Source: Podarcis liolepis
Taxonomy: Eukaryota
Strand: one strand, 5' to 3'
NCBI GenBank assembly: GCA_965112155.1
Contig: OZ218099.1
Length of the DNA: 64,000 bases
Below, piece by piece: positions 62,588-64,000 of the stretch. Below the pieces are notes generated by a model. That model made no database searches and was not told the DNA's origin. It was given only the letters and a program-made list of their open reading frames with translations. Each line of letters starts with the position of its first letter. Position 1 is the stretch's first letter. Both the position numbers and the translations under genes were made by a program.

Positions 62588-64000
62588 TCAAAAAGCACTG
62601 AATGCAGATAATTGTGCTAATTGCATGCACAAAGCACTCGGCTCGCTCTGAGCTGCTTGCTCATGGCCAGTGTCACTGAACCCACTTCAGCCAGCAATCT
62701 CCATGATGAATGAGAAGCGAGCATGATTTCATTGTCTGGCGAGGTTGAGAGAGGGAGGGAGAAGAGTGCTGTGCTTCCTAGCACCAAAGGCTCTTCCTCA
62801 AGTGCATGAGGGACACCCCAGCACAGAGTGCCCTATGCTAGTGTTGGGGGGGGGGAGCAAGAGGGAGGAAGGGAAGAGATGCTGAACATGGAAGTAGGAA
62901 ACAGCACCAAGCAACAGCACATGCATGAACTTGCATCAAGGTGGCCAACCACTACAGCGAATTAATTAGATTAAGCAAAAACTGGCTACAATATATTTAT
63001 CCCATACAGCCCAAAGCTCTTCAACATCTTTCCAAAAAGACCCTCAAAGGGCCTCCTCTGGTCAGCAGGGGTTAAGAGTGGATGTTGTTCTGTAGGCTGC
63101 TGCATAGAAATATTCTCAAGTCAGCCCTAATTGTGTTCTCCCACCAACTGAGCATACTTTGGGCACTCTCCTGCTTTAGCTTAGCAGGAGGCACATTCCA
63201 CAATACAGGCTGTACCAAACCCCAGAAAGGAGGGAGCCTATTGCAAAAGGTTTTTTGTTTTGTTTTTTAAGGCTCATATTAGTTGCACAAACAGTCTAAA
63301 CTGGCACAGAATCTATCAATTAACCTAGAAGAAGGTTTCGCTGCTACTATCAGAGTTCTAGAAAAATGCAGTTGATAGAATCTAAGCCTGTGATCAAACC
63401 AATGTTCTTTCTAGTCCAGAGTTCTTCAGAACCCAGACTGCATCTCTTCCAAGGCATGAATCAAGCAGCCAACCAGTCTTTTCAGACAGACAGATAGACA
63501 GAGAGCACAGTCCCAAGAATAAAGCGTGCTTGAACTTAAATGGATGAACATTTGTTTTGAAAAGGAAGGAGAAACCAGCACAGCAAACAAGAATAAAAAT
63601 TGAGCACTCAGGGCTTATCTACAACTTACCTTTTGCCCTGCACTTTCTAGGCATAGGTCTGCGCTATAAAGCTCCATGTCTCAGTGTTTATTGGGGGGGG
63701 GGAGGGACTTGTCCCACTGCTTTATCCAAGAAGACCTATTTAACACTGAATAGGAACAAACTGAAATTTGGGTTTTCGGTGGATTGCTGTTTGCTCTGAT
63801 TCAGCAGGAAAGAGCATGTTTTTGCAGGAAAAGTGTTGTGGCAAAAAAGAAAAAAAGCACCTGGACAAAGTGCTTTAAAGCGCAGGCCTGTGCCTAAAAA
63901 CACAGCACGAAAGGAAGTTTGGATGAGCCCTCAGTGCAATTTAGAAACTGAGCCTTCTCCTTTAATTCTAACCACATGCACCTGCTCATTTAATTCTTTT

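Noticed and set aside
27207-64000. PPARGC1B exon 1 and intronic miR-378
   Set aside because: I saw neither an MAGNDC/LLDEELSSF-like exon nor the miR-378 sequence. In mammals miR-378 lies near exon 1, which is outside this window, so absence here is uninformative.

Overview
This is a vertebrate genomic window, most likely from a squamate (probably lacertid) lizard judging by its SINE/MITE repertoire. It carries the 3' eleven coding exons (exons 2-12) of PPARGC1B (PGC-1beta) on the minus strand. All splice junctions are GT-AG and phase-compatible, and together the exons give 3000 nt (999 codons plus TAA at 3015-3017). Exon 1 lies beyond position 64000, so 27207-64000 is part of the long intron 1, and 1-3014 is probably 3'UTR. 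Recognisable PGC-1 motifs are the acidic activation domain, two LXXLL boxes, TPPTTPP, the DHDY HCF-binding motif, poly-Glu, the RRM and the C-terminal DFDSLL. The introns contain tRNA-derived SINEs, TA-flanked Tc1/mariner-type MITEs, hAT MITEs, LINE stubs, microsatellites and one 133-nt assembly gap. Almost all other ORFs in the track are noise or antisense shadows of exons. I see no convincing new gene system. The best second-look items are: a dense miRNA-seed cluster just after the stop codon; two CpG-retaining motif-rich intronic blocks (candidate enhancers or internal promoters); an atypical exon 8 acceptor with a frameshifting competitor; a nested L1-in-MITE insertion with a clean TSD; an OposCharlie1-like hAT MITE; and a near-intact tRNA-Lys SINE head.
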